From positions 1,665,821-1,729,820 of the forward strand of contig OY782677.1 of the NCBI GenBank assembly GCA_963677975.1: 64,000 nucleotides of DNA. Reading direction: 5' to 3'. Each line of letters begins with the position of its first letter. Position 1 is the first letter of the stretch. The notes under the pieces are model-generated. The model saw nothing but the letters and a program-made list of their open reading frames with translations. It was not told the DNA's origin and ran no database searches. Of this stretch, positions 1 to 8,116 are shown one piece after another. Origin of the DNA: Bacteroidales bacterium. Lineage in GTDB: Bacteria > Bacteroidota > Bacteroidia > Bacteroidales > UBA4417. The position numbers were made by a program, and so were the translations under genes.

Positions 1-874
1 AGACTTCGAGCAATGCTTTCTGCCCCTTGTATGTAATGCCGGTATGCGATATGTCGTAAATTTTATTGCCCATGATTCCATGGGAGGTGTAGGTTTCGGT
101 TTTCCCGATTATTATCTCTGATCTGAGCGGGCAGCCGGTACATTGTTTTTTGTCGTCACGATATAATTCCCAACAGTTTTTGCCAAGTGATTCCTGCCCA
201 TAGAGCTCCCCAGAGCTATCTTTTATAAACAGGAGCGTGCCGGATTCGTCCACAATATTCATTCTGAACGGTAATGCCTTAAGCAAGGTTTCATTGAAAG
301 CATTGCTAATAAGAAGTGATTCCTGGGCCCTGCGGAGTTCGGTTATATCAATTGCAGTCATGAAACATTTATCTGCATCGCCGGTCACAATAGCGCTGAC
401 AAAAATATCGGCGGGCGGTTCATCGCCGGATGATAATGTAAGTTCGCATACTTGCCTGGTCTTTCCTGAAAATACTTTTTCGAGAAATGAACTGAAAATA
501 GTCCTGTTATTTGCTGATACAAAATATCCGAATAAATTGTTTACAAGCTGCGACCGGGCTTTGCCAAGCATTTTTGCCCCGTACAGGTTCAGTTCTATAA
601 TTTTGCCACTGGCAGTAAGAGTAAAGTATCCTCTCGGGGCAAAATCGTACAGGTCAGTGTATTTTTCCACTGCTTCGAGTGCCTTCGACCTGGCCTGTAT
701 GAGTTCTGAGTTCTGCAACTCAAGTTCTATCTGGTGTACTTCGAGTTCATGAATCAGTTTCAGGGTATCGGCTTCCGAAAATTTTGATTTATGTTGTGAC
801 AGTGTATTATCTATATATTCGATTGCTTTGCGGCGCAGAGAAGAGGCTTCATCCGATGGCTTATCCTTTTTCAT
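1..874 (-). CDS. PAS-domain sensor protein, N-terminal ~291 aa (3' end lies beyond window start)
   Basis: Own minus-strand translation from ATG (874-872): MKKDKPSDEASSLRRKAIEYIDNTLSQ...LIHELEVHQIELELQNSELIQARSKALEAVEKYTDLYDFAPRGYFTL... This is the HELEVHQIELE-QN-EL coiled-coil leader followed by PAS-like segments. The frame stays open to position 1. It is absent from the ORF track because no stop lies in the window. Confidence 0.7.
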   Translation of the reverse strand, partial: MKKDKPSDEASSLRRKAIEYIDNTLSQHKSKFSEADTLKLIHELEVHQIELELQNSELIQARSKALEAVEKYTDLYDFAPRGYFTLTASGKIIELNLYGAKMLGKARSQLVNNLFGYFVSANNRTIFSSFLEKVFSGKTRQVCELTLSSGDEPPADIFVSAIVTGDADKCFMTAIDITELRRAQESLLISNAFNETLLKALPFRMNIVDESGTLLFIKDSSGELYGQESLGKNCWELYRDDKKQCTGCPLRSEIIIGKTETYTSHGIMGNKIYDISHTGITYKGQKALLEV

Positions 875-995
875 ACTGTTCTATCTTTAATTTTGTCATA
901 AACTTTATGAACAAATCTGCATGCAAAGATTCCGGTTGACTTTTCCGTATTATAAAGGGGGATAATAACTGCTTCAATGTCGGGTTATTTTTGTC

Positions 996-3959
996 TTACC
1001 CGATAATCTCACGTATAAAACAGTGTATTACTTTATTTGTACCTGCAAGGTATACATTGCTTATAAATTCGGCATGTATTTTCTTCCCGTTGGCCGTTTC
1101 GAGCGGCAAATTCTCATAACGGACTATCTCCTTCTGCTGCAGTTCGATAAATTTATCTTTATTGGCAACTATATCTTTCAGGGGGCTGATTTCCCAGATT
1201 GCTTTTTCGATGAATTGTTCTTTTGAATACCCTAACAACCCGATTAAAAACGGGTTCACATCCACAATTTTCCCGGTGGCGGCATCGAGTATCAGGATAC
1301 CATCCTTAGCCATTTCAAAAATACTCCGGTATCGAATTTCGGAAACCTCAAGAACGTCTTTGGTTTTTGATATTTCTATTTCCAGTTTTTTCGATATGGT
1401 GATATTGTTGAACGTGATCACCAGCCCGTCGATGCGGTCGTCAATTGTGCGATACGGCATAATCCTGACCGTATACCACTTCCCGTCGGTGGTTTGAATT
1501 TCCGATTCGATTGTTGTTAGCGTTTTCAGTACTTTAAGCGTATGCTTCTCAATATCAGGATATATCAGGTTCGAAACCAGGTCGGTGAATGGTCGGCCTA
1601 AATCGCTGGTGCGGAGTTTAATTATATCGTGTAGTGTTTCGGTATACCTTCGGATATTAAGTTCCTTATCGAGGAAAAGGGTTGCTATTTCGGTACTGTT
1701 GAGCAGGTTTTTCATGTCGTTGTTGGCGAGTATGAAATCACCTACCTTGCTCTGAAGTTCGATATTCACAGTCTGAAGTTCTTCGTTCAGGCTCTGCATC
1801 TCTTCTTTCGAAGTAGTGAGTTCTTCGTTGGTCGACTGCAGTTCTTCGTTCGATGACTGTAATTCCTCATTGGTTGATTTCAGTTCTTCCTGTGACGACT
1901 GCATCTCTTCGCGTATACTCTGCATTTCTTCCTGGCTCTGCATCAGTTTGGATTCCAGTTCAATCGAGCGGATTTTCGAAATCCGTCTCCCGGTCTTCGA
2001 GCCAGGAAGCATTTGTTCTGAAACTGACGGCACATCAGTAAATACCACAATTATTTTTCCCCGGAGTAACTCCGGGCTTTCGATCCGCTGAACTGTTACG
2101 TTCACAAACAGGGTGCCCCCGTTGGTTCCAACTTTAATATTACGCAAAACCACTGGGTCGAAATGCGTCATTGCCGAACGGAAAGCCCCGGGTAATATAT
2201 CACGTAACCCTTCGCGCGACATGGCATGAATGTTCAGGTTGGCTTTGCCGGCAAGCGGTTCGAGGTATTTGCCGGTACGCCCGGTGATATAAATAATATC
2301 GCCTTTATCGTTTACCAGGACGCTTGGCGGGGCATACCGCTGAAGCAAAATCTGGTCGGTAAGAGTTTGCAGGCTGTCAGCCGGTTTAGTATGTGAAACT
2401 TCGGGTGTTATTCCATGTTTTTTTGGCTTGAAAGAACTCGGAAAATCAATGAGTTCAGGAGGCTGGGATATTGTATCGCGTTTGTAAATTTTCAGGCGGG
2501 TATCAATTTCGGTGAACCCTTCCTGCCGGTTTCCGATGGTTTCGGCGGTACCAAGCAGCAATATTCCTCCAGGGTTCAGACTATAATTGAAAAGTGAGAT
2601 GAGTTTTCCCTGGAGTTCAGCTTCCATGTATATCATCATGTTACGGCAGCTCAGTAATTCGAGTTTTGTAAATGGAGGGTCCTTAATCACATTCTGGGTC
2701 GCAAACACCACCATCTCACGTATGCTTGCATTCACCCTGAAATTATTGACTTCAGGTGTAAAGAACCGGCTGATGCGTTCCGATGAAACATCGGAAACTA
2801 TATTTGATGGGTAAATACCCCGTCGTGCTATTTCGACGGCATCGCTGTCGAGATCTGTGGCAAATATCTGTATACTATGCTTCTTCAGGGGTTTGATTTT
2901 TTCAAGTACTTCTTTAAAAACCATGGCTAACGAATAGGCTTCTTCGCCGGTTGAGCAGCCGGCAACCCAGGCACGAACCACATTTCCGGCTGGTAGCCGG
3001 TTAATCAGGTCAGGAATGGTCGATTGTTTAAGCTTATCCCAAACGGCCTTATCACGGAAAAAACCGGTTACTCCTATAAGCAACTCTTTAAACAATATTT
3101 CAATTTCTTTGGGATTTTCCTGGCAGTAGCGGACATAATTACTGATCTTTTCAATCTGGTGAATACCCTTGCGCCTTTCGATACGGCGAATAAGGGTGTT
3201 TTTTTTATACAACGAAAAATCATGACCCGACTGTTCGCGAAGCAGGATGATGATCTTATCAAGGTTACTCTTGTCCAGATTGTCCGGTTCGGAAAAAGTT
3301 TTAATCCCCGGAATAAAATTCAGAAGGGAGATCAGTTTTGCCGGCAATTCATCGGCTGGGGCCACAATATCTGCGATCACAGCATCAATGGCATTGCGTG
3401 GCATACTGTCGAACTTCGCCGAAGCAGGCGACTGTACCAAAACCAAACCATGATTTTCTTTTATTGCTTTCAACCCGAGGCTCCCGTCAGAACCCATCCC
3501 CGAGAGTATAAGCCCTATACTTTTATCTTTCCGGTCGTTTGCAAGCGAACGGAAGAAAATATCGACCGGTAAACGTAATCCGCGCGTTTCGACCGGATCG
3601 AAAAGGTATAGCGCCCCATTCAAAATTTTAAGGCTTTTATTAGGAGGGATAACGTACACACAGTTGGGTTTTATCTTCATATTATCGCTTGCCGGGAAAA
3701 CCTTCATGGGTGTAATGCGTTGAAGCAACTCAGGCATCATGCCAACATGGTTAGGGTCGAGGTGTTGAATAACTACAAAGGCCATCCCGTTATTGGCAGG
3801 CATATTCTGGAAAAACTGCTCCAATGCTTCGAGTCCTCCGGCCGAGGCACCAATACCTACGATAGGGAAATCGGTTTTGACAGGGATACTGTTTTTTGTT
3901 GTTTTTGAAACGGGTATTGCTTCCCCGGCATTTTGGGCATTGGTTTTTCGTGTTACCAT
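996..3959 (-). CDS. CheB-type methylesterase / CheR-type methyltransferase fusion with coiled coil and C-terminal PAS domains
   Basis: 987-aa ORF. N-terminus IVGIGASAGGLEALEQFF...VVIQHLDP is CheB-like. Central SAM-methyltransferase region (RAWVAGCSTGEEAYSLAM) is CheR-like. A heptad block EELKSTNEELQSSNEELQSTNEELTTSKEEMQSLNEELQ follows, then PAS-like segments. I saw no HisKA/HATPase motifs. Confidence 0.85.
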   Translation of the reverse strand: MVTRKTNAQNAGEAIPVSKTTKNSIPVKTDFPIVGIGASAGGLEALEQFFQNMPANNGMAFVVIQHLDPNHVGMMPELLQRITPMKVFPASDNMKIKPNCVYVIPPNKSLKILNGALYLFDPVETRGLRLPVDIFFRSLANDRKDKSIGLILSGMGSDGSLGLKAIKENHGLVLVQSPASAKFDSMPRNAIDAVIADIVAPADELPAKLISLLNFIPGIKTFSEPDNLDKSNLDKIIILLREQSGHDFSLYKKNTLIRRIERRKGIHQIEKISNYVRYCQENPKEIEILFKELLIGVTGFFRDKAVWDKLKQSTIPDLINRLPAGNVVRAWVAGCSTGEEAYSLAMVFKEVLEKIKPLKKHSIQIFATDLDSDAVEIARRGIYPSNIVSDVSSERISRFFTPEVNNFRVNASIREMVVFATQNVIKDPPFTKLELLSCRNMMIYMEAELQGKLISLFNYSLNPGGILLLGTAETIGNRQEGFTEIDTRLKIYKRDTISQPPELIDFPSSFKPKKHGITPEVSHTKPADSLQTLTDQILLQRYAPPSVLVNDKGDIIYITGRTGKYLEPLAGKANLNIHAMSREGLRDILPGAFRSAMTHFDPVVLRNIKVGTNGGTLFVNVTVQRIESPELLRGKIIVVFTDVPSVSEQMLPGSKTGRRISKIRSIELESKLMQSQEEMQSIREEMQSSQEELKSTNEELQSSNEELQSTNEELTTSKEEMQSLNEELQTVNIELQSKVGDFILANNDMKNLLNSTEIATLFLDKELNIRRYTETLHDIIKLRTSDLGRPFTDLVSNLIYPDIEKHTLKVLKTLTTIESEIQTTDGKWYTVRIMPYRTIDDRIDGLVITFNNITISKKLEIEISKTKDVLEVSEIRYRSIFEMAKDGILILDAATGKIVDVNPFLIGLLGYSKEQFIEKAIWEISPLKDIVANKDKFIELQQKEIVRYENLPLETANGKKIHAEFISNVYLAGTNKVIHCFIREIIG

Positions 3960-4072
3960 ACTAGTAAAGGTACAACTATAAATTATGATTCATACTAATA
4001 TTCTGATTATTAATGTAAAAGCTTATTTAACCAACTGATTCGTCAAGCTGTAAATGTGTACAATTTTGTGCT

Positions 4073-4080
4073 TATCTTTG
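4073..4080 (+). promoter_or_regulatory. Bacteroidota -7 promoter box (TAtcTTTG) for deoD
   Basis: TATCTTTG matches the TAnnTTTG consensus 19 nt upstream of ATG 4099. It lies inside the track ORF's N-terminal extension, which argues for the 4099 start. Confidence 0.6.
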
Positions 4081-4098
4081 CGCCTTTATTTTTTTAGG

Positions 4099-4806
4099 AT
4101 GAGTATTCATATTGAAGCAAAACAAGACGAAATAGCTGATTTCGTTCTGCTCCCGGGCGATCCGTTAAGAGCTAAACATATTGCAGAAAACCTGCTGACA
4201 AATGCAGTTTGTTACAATAATGTACGTGGCATGCTGGGGTATACAGGGTACTATAACGGAAAACGTGTTTCGGTGCAGGGAACAGGAATGGGATTGCCTT
4301 CGCATATGATCTATGCAACGGAACTCATAAATGATTACAAGGTGAAAACCCTTGTAAGGATAGGCACCTGTGGAGGTTTGCTTGACGAAGTTAAATTGCG
4401 CGATGTGGTTGTGGCCGTGAGTGCTTCGACCGATTCGTTTGCCGTTGCAAGATATTTTCCTGGAATGACCTTTGCCCCGACAGCCAGTTTCAGGCTTACC
4501 CAACTGGCTGTTGCCAATGCTGCAAAAATGGATATAACTGTTAAGGCTGGGAATATACTATCATCGGATTTGTTTTATCATTTTCCCGAAGAAGGCGATG
4601 CATACGAACTTTGGCGTAAATACGGGACACTGGCTGTGGAAATGGAATCAGCGGGTTTATACCTTCTTGCCTCACGGCTGGGTGTTGAAGCATTATCACT
4701 GCTTACGGTAAGCGATCACCTGCTTACAGGTGAACATGTGAGCGCCGAAGAAAGACAGTCGAATTTTACCAATATGACTAAACTGGCGCTTTCGCTGGTT
4801 GGGTAA
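4099..4806 (+). CDS. deoD: purine nucleoside phosphorylase, DeoD type
   Basis: MSIHIEAKQDEIADFVLLPGDPLRAKHIAE...NNVRGMLGYTGYYNGKRVSVQGTGMGLPS...EMESAGLY aligns by eye with E. coli DeoD. I chose the start at the internal ATG (track ORF starts at 4054). Confidence 0.92.
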   Translation: MSIHIEAKQDEIADFVLLPGDPLRAKHIAENLLTNAVCYNNVRGMLGYTGYYNGKRVSVQGTGMGLPSHMIYATELINDYKVKTLVRIGTCGGLLDEVKLRDVVVAVSASTDSFAVARYFPGMTFAPTASFRLTQLAVANAAKMDITVKAGNILSSDLFYHFPEEGDAYELWRKYGTLAVEMESAGLYLLASRLGVEALSLLTVSDHLLTGEHVSAEERQSNFTNMTKLALSLVG

Positions 4807-4810
4807 ATAT

Positions 4811-4886
4811 TTCGGATTTCGGATTTCGAAATACATTTTAAGATCTGCAATCGCAATTCTCAAATCGCAAATCCGAAATCGTAAAT
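4811..4886. repeat. inverted blocks of degenerate heptamers (TTCGGAT x2-3, then AAATCGC/AAATCCG/AAATCGT/AAATTTC)
   Basis: Direct reading: ttcggatttcggatttcgaaat ... aatcgcaattctcaaatcgcaaatccgaaatcgtaaatttc. gatttcggattt (4815-) is complementary to aaatccgaaatc (4869-4880). Confidence 0.7.
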
Positions 4887-4889
4887 TTC

Positions 4890-5207
4890 ATGCCCTGGTT
4901 TATCTTATTTATCGCAGGTTTGTTCGAGGTTGCCTGGGCAGTCGGGATAAAGTATACCGAGGGTTGGACCAGGTTATGGCCTGTGGTTTTTACCATAGGT
5001 GCAATGGTTGCATCTTTTTACTTTCTTTCAGTTGCACTTAAAAATATTCCTATGGGAACAGCCTACGCTGTATGGACAGGTATTGGAACCCTGGGAACCG
5101 TTGTTTATGGTATTATTTTTTTTAAAGAACCTACTGATATTCTCAGGATCGTTTGTATCTTGCTCATTATTTGCGGTATTGCAGGATTAAAGATTTTTGC
5201 ACGCTAA
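4890..5207 (+). CDS. sugE: SMR-family small multidrug/guanidinium exporter (SugE/Gdx type)
   Basis: 105 aa. MPWFILFIAGLFEVAWAVGIKYTEGW...GTAYAVWTGIGTLGTV matches E. coli SugE nearly motif for motif. Four TM helices. Confidence 0.9.
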   Translation: MPWFILFIAGLFEVAWAVGIKYTEGWTRLWPVVFTIGAMVASFYFLSVALKNIPMGTAYAVWTGIGTLGTVVYGIIFFKEPTDILRIVCILLIICGIAGLKIFAR

Positions 5208-5251
5208 TGCTTAAGTGCATTTAATTAGAAATTAAAAAAACAGAATATTTT

Positions 5252-6010
5252 ATGCAGAAAACTATTTTGATTACCGGTGCTACCAGTGGTTTTGGCAAAG
5301 CATGTGCACGTTCTTTTGCGCATGAAGGGCACAGGTTGATATTAACGGGCCGAAGGGCTGACAGGCTGGTAACCGAAGCACATAATCTACTTGCTATGTA
5401 TGGCGTAGAAGTGCTTACTCTGAATTTTGATGTCCGCAACCGCGATGCTGTTAAAAATGCAATCGACGGGATTCCTCCCGAATGGCGCAATATTGATATT
5501 CTTATAAATAATGCCGGCCTTGCAGCCGGGAGCGACCTATTGCAGGACGGAAATATCGACGACTGGGAAATCATGATCGATACCAACGTAAAAGGATTAC
5601 TCTATGTTACAAAATTTGTTTTCCCAATGCTGGTTCAAAGCACATGCCCTCATATTGTGAATATTGGGTCCATAGCAGGTAAAGAAGTATATCAGAAAGG
5701 GAACGTATATTGTGCCTCCAAATTTGCCGTAGATGCCCTTACCCGTGGTATGCGTATCGATATGCTCAGCCAGGGTATTAAAGTTTCGCAGGTGTCGCCA
5801 GGGGCAGTTGAAACGGAATTTGCCCAGGTTAGGTTCAAAGGGGATATGGAAGCAGTTGCAAACGTGTATAAAGGATATAAACCACTTGAAGCTGAAGATA
5901 TTGCGGGTGCCGTACTTTGGATAACCAGCCTGCCGCCCCATGTGAATATTAACGACCTTGTAATTATGCCCACAGCCCAGGCGAGCCCGGGCTATGTTTT
6001 CAGGCAATAG
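5252..6010 (+). CDS. ydfG: NADP-dependent short-chain dehydrogenase (YdfG / 3-hydroxy acid dehydrogenase type)
   Basis: TGATSGFG cofactor motif, NNAG, Y-x3-K (YCASK), and the C-terminal LPPHVNINDLVIMP tail match E. coli YdfG along the full length. Confidence 0.85.
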   Translation: MQKTILITGATSGFGKACARSFAHEGHRLILTGRRADRLVTEAHNLLAMYGVEVLTLNFDVRNRDAVKNAIDGIPPEWRNIDILINNAGLAAGSDLLQDGNIDDWEIMIDTNVKGLLYVTKFVFPMLVQSTCPHIVNIGSIAGKEVYQKGNVYCASKFAVDALTRGMRIDMLSQGIKVSQVSPGAVETEFAQVRFKGDMEAVANVYKGYKPLEAEDIAGAVLWITSLPPHVNINDLVIMPTAQASPGYVFRQ

Positions 6011-6149
6011 CATGTACAGAGCAATGAATACGGATTGCCGGGTTTTTTATACTTTGTTTAAAAAATTATCGAAAATGTTATCCGGTATATATGTAATATA
6101 TTTAATATTCTAATTATCTTTACCCCCAACCTTAACTTAAACCATACCT

Positions 6150-7931
6150 ATGCAGGATGTTACGCGCTTATTCGATATTCTTCCGCATTATGCAAACTCC
6201 TTTAAGCCCAAGGATGATGTGCTTGCAGGAAAAGATAATGGTATCTGGGTAAAATACTCAATTGCCGACTATATATCACATGCTGATAATATAAGTTATG
6301 GTTTACTGAAGCTGGGAATTAAGCCCGGCGATAATGTGGCTACCATTTCGGGCAGTCGCCCTGAATGGAACCTTGTCGATATGGGCATACAACAGGCAGG
6401 GGCTATTCATGTTCCTATCTATCCTACTATAAGTGAAAGCGATTATAAATACATTCTGGAACATGCTGAAGTTAAGGTGATCTTTGTTTCAGGTCGCGAT
6501 ACATTTCGCAAAATCGAACACCTGGTTGATAGCCTTAAAGGTTTGGTAGCCATTTATGCTTTCAAGGAAACAGAAAGCATTCAACATCTAGATGCCCTGC
6601 TTAAGCTTGGCAAGGATAATGCTGATCCTACGAAAATCAAGGAATTAAAAGCCAGCATTGTCCCCGATGACATGGCTACAATTATCTATACCTCTGGAAC
6701 AACAGGGAATCCGAAGGGCGTAATGCTCACTCACCGGAATATTATTTCCAATTTTATGGCGGTGAAGGATATTCCTCCTGTAGGCGAGGAAGGCCGGGCT
6801 TTGAGTTATCTTCCTCTTTGCCATATATATGAGCGCATGCTGGTTTACCTCTATCAATACCTTGGAATTTCGGTTTATTATGCTGAAAACCCGGCAACTG
6901 TCGGTGAAAATATGCGCGAGGTTAAGCCTGATATTCTGAGTACCGTTCCGCGGCTTCTAGAAAAGGTGTATGATAAGATCATTGGTTCGGGACGCAAACT
7001 TACCGGGATCAAAAAATTGATTTTTTTCTGGGCAGTCAATGTTGGTATGCATTACGAAATGTATGGTGCCAAAGGAATGTATTATGGTCTTAGGTTAAAA
7101 GTAGCACGCAAACTTGTTTTCAGCAAATGGCAGGAAGCCCTGGGTGGTAACCTGAAAGTTATTGTGAGTGGAGGTGCCGCATTACAGCCCCGGCTCGCAC
7201 ACATTTTCTGGGCTGCCGGTATCCCGGTGCTGGAAGGTTACGGCCTAACCGAGACATCACCGGTTATAGCAGTTAATAATTTTGAAGAAAACGGTGTAAA
7301 ATTCGGAACCGTTGGCCCTGTTGTTGCCGATACCACGGTAAAAATTGCTGAAGACCACGAAATACTTGTAAAAGGTCCTGGCCTAATGCTGGGTTATTAT
7401 AAGGAACCTGAACTTACAGCCGCAGCTATCGACACGGAAGGCTGGTTTCATACCGGTGACCTCGGGCGCATGGAGCCGCAGGGCCAGCTTAAAATTACCG
7501 GACGCAAAAAGGAAATTTTCAAAACTTCGTTCGGTAAATATGTAAGCCCCGAAATGATTGAAAACAGCCTCAAAGAGTCTGCTTTTATAGATGCTCTTAT
7601 GGTGGTTGGCGAAAACCAGAAATATGCGGCAGCTATTGTTGTTCCTGACTTCACCCACCTGCGCTCATGGTGCCAGATCAAAGGTATAACCTATACTACA
7701 AATGCCGAAATGATCGCCCTCGAACGGATAAGGAAACGCTATCAGAAAGAAATTTCAAAATTTAACAAGCATCTTGGGGCAACGGAACAGATCAAATCAT
7801 TCGAATTGCTCGATTCGGAATGGACCGTCGACTCAGGAGAACTTACTGCAACTTTAAAGCTCCGCCGCAAACTCATCAGCGACAGGTACGCGGCAAGCAT
7901 TGCTAAATTGTTTAATAAAAACGACGATTAA
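6150..7931 (+). CDS. long-chain acyl-CoA synthetase (AMP-forming), paralog 1
   Basis: 593 aa. AMP-binding signature IIYTSGTTGNPKGVMLTHRN, GYGLTETSP, and TGDLG...GRKKEIFKTSFGKYVSP. Confidence 0.88.
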   Translation: MQDVTRLFDILPHYANSFKPKDDVLAGKDNGIWVKYSIADYISHADNISYGLLKLGIKPGDNVATISGSRPEWNLVDMGIQQAGAIHVPIYPTISESDYKYILEHAEVKVIFVSGRDTFRKIEHLVDSLKGLVAIYAFKETESIQHLDALLKLGKDNADPTKIKELKASIVPDDMATIIYTSGTTGNPKGVMLTHRNIISNFMAVKDIPPVGEEGRALSYLPLCHIYERMLVYLYQYLGISVYYAENPATVGENMREVKPDILSTVPRLLEKVYDKIIGSGRKLTGIKKLIFFWAVNVGMHYEMYGAKGMYYGLRLKVARKLVFSKWQEALGGNLKVIVSGGAALQPRLAHIFWAAGIPVLEGYGLTETSPVIAVNNFEENGVKFGTVGPVVADTTVKIAEDHEILVKGPGLMLGYYKEPELTAAAIDTEGWFHTGDLGRMEPQGQLKITGRKKEIFKTSFGKYVSPEMIENSLKESAFIDALMVVGENQKYAAAIVVPDFTHLRSWCQIKGITYTTNAEMIALERIRKRYQKEISKFNKHLGATEQIKSFELLDSEWTVDSGELTATLKLRRKLISDRYAASIAKLFNKNDD

Positions 7932-8116
7932 CCACTTGGTTGTGACTGAGTAGATTATGAATCGATTTCGAAAATCGTGTTTTGACTATAATTATACCCG
8001 GGCGATCAAAATTGTAATAAATGAAATCCAGGTCCGTTTTAAAAGGACCTTTATTAGTTAAAGGTAGATTTTTCAGGGAAAAAAGGAATTGAATTACCAT
8101 TTCACAAGTTAGACCG

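Noticed and set aside
237-752. 171-aa plus-strand ORF from the track
   Set aside because: It is low-complexity and Ser-rich with no recognisable motifs, and it lies entirely antisense to a convincing minus-strand PAS-domain gene (1-874). I treat it as a shadow ORF.
1800-1960. 21-nt periodic DNA repeat
   Set aside because: This is not an independent repeat element. It encodes the heptad coiled coil (EELQSxNEEL) of the CheB/CheR-PAS protein on the minus strand. The plus-strand ORFs 1816-2091 and 1853-2041 are its shadows.
4054-4098. N-terminal extension of deoD (MCTILCLSLRLYFFR...)
   Set aside because: The extension covers the TAtcTTTG promoter box. The homologous DeoD N-terminus begins at MSIHIEAK (ATG 4099).
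4807-4889. Possible guanidine riboswitch upstream of sugE
   Set aside because: I could read no ACGR-loop hairpin pair (guanidine-II), no ykkC-type core and no guanidine-III pseudoknot motif. The region is made of heptamer repeats. It is kept as a finding only as an unexplained structure.
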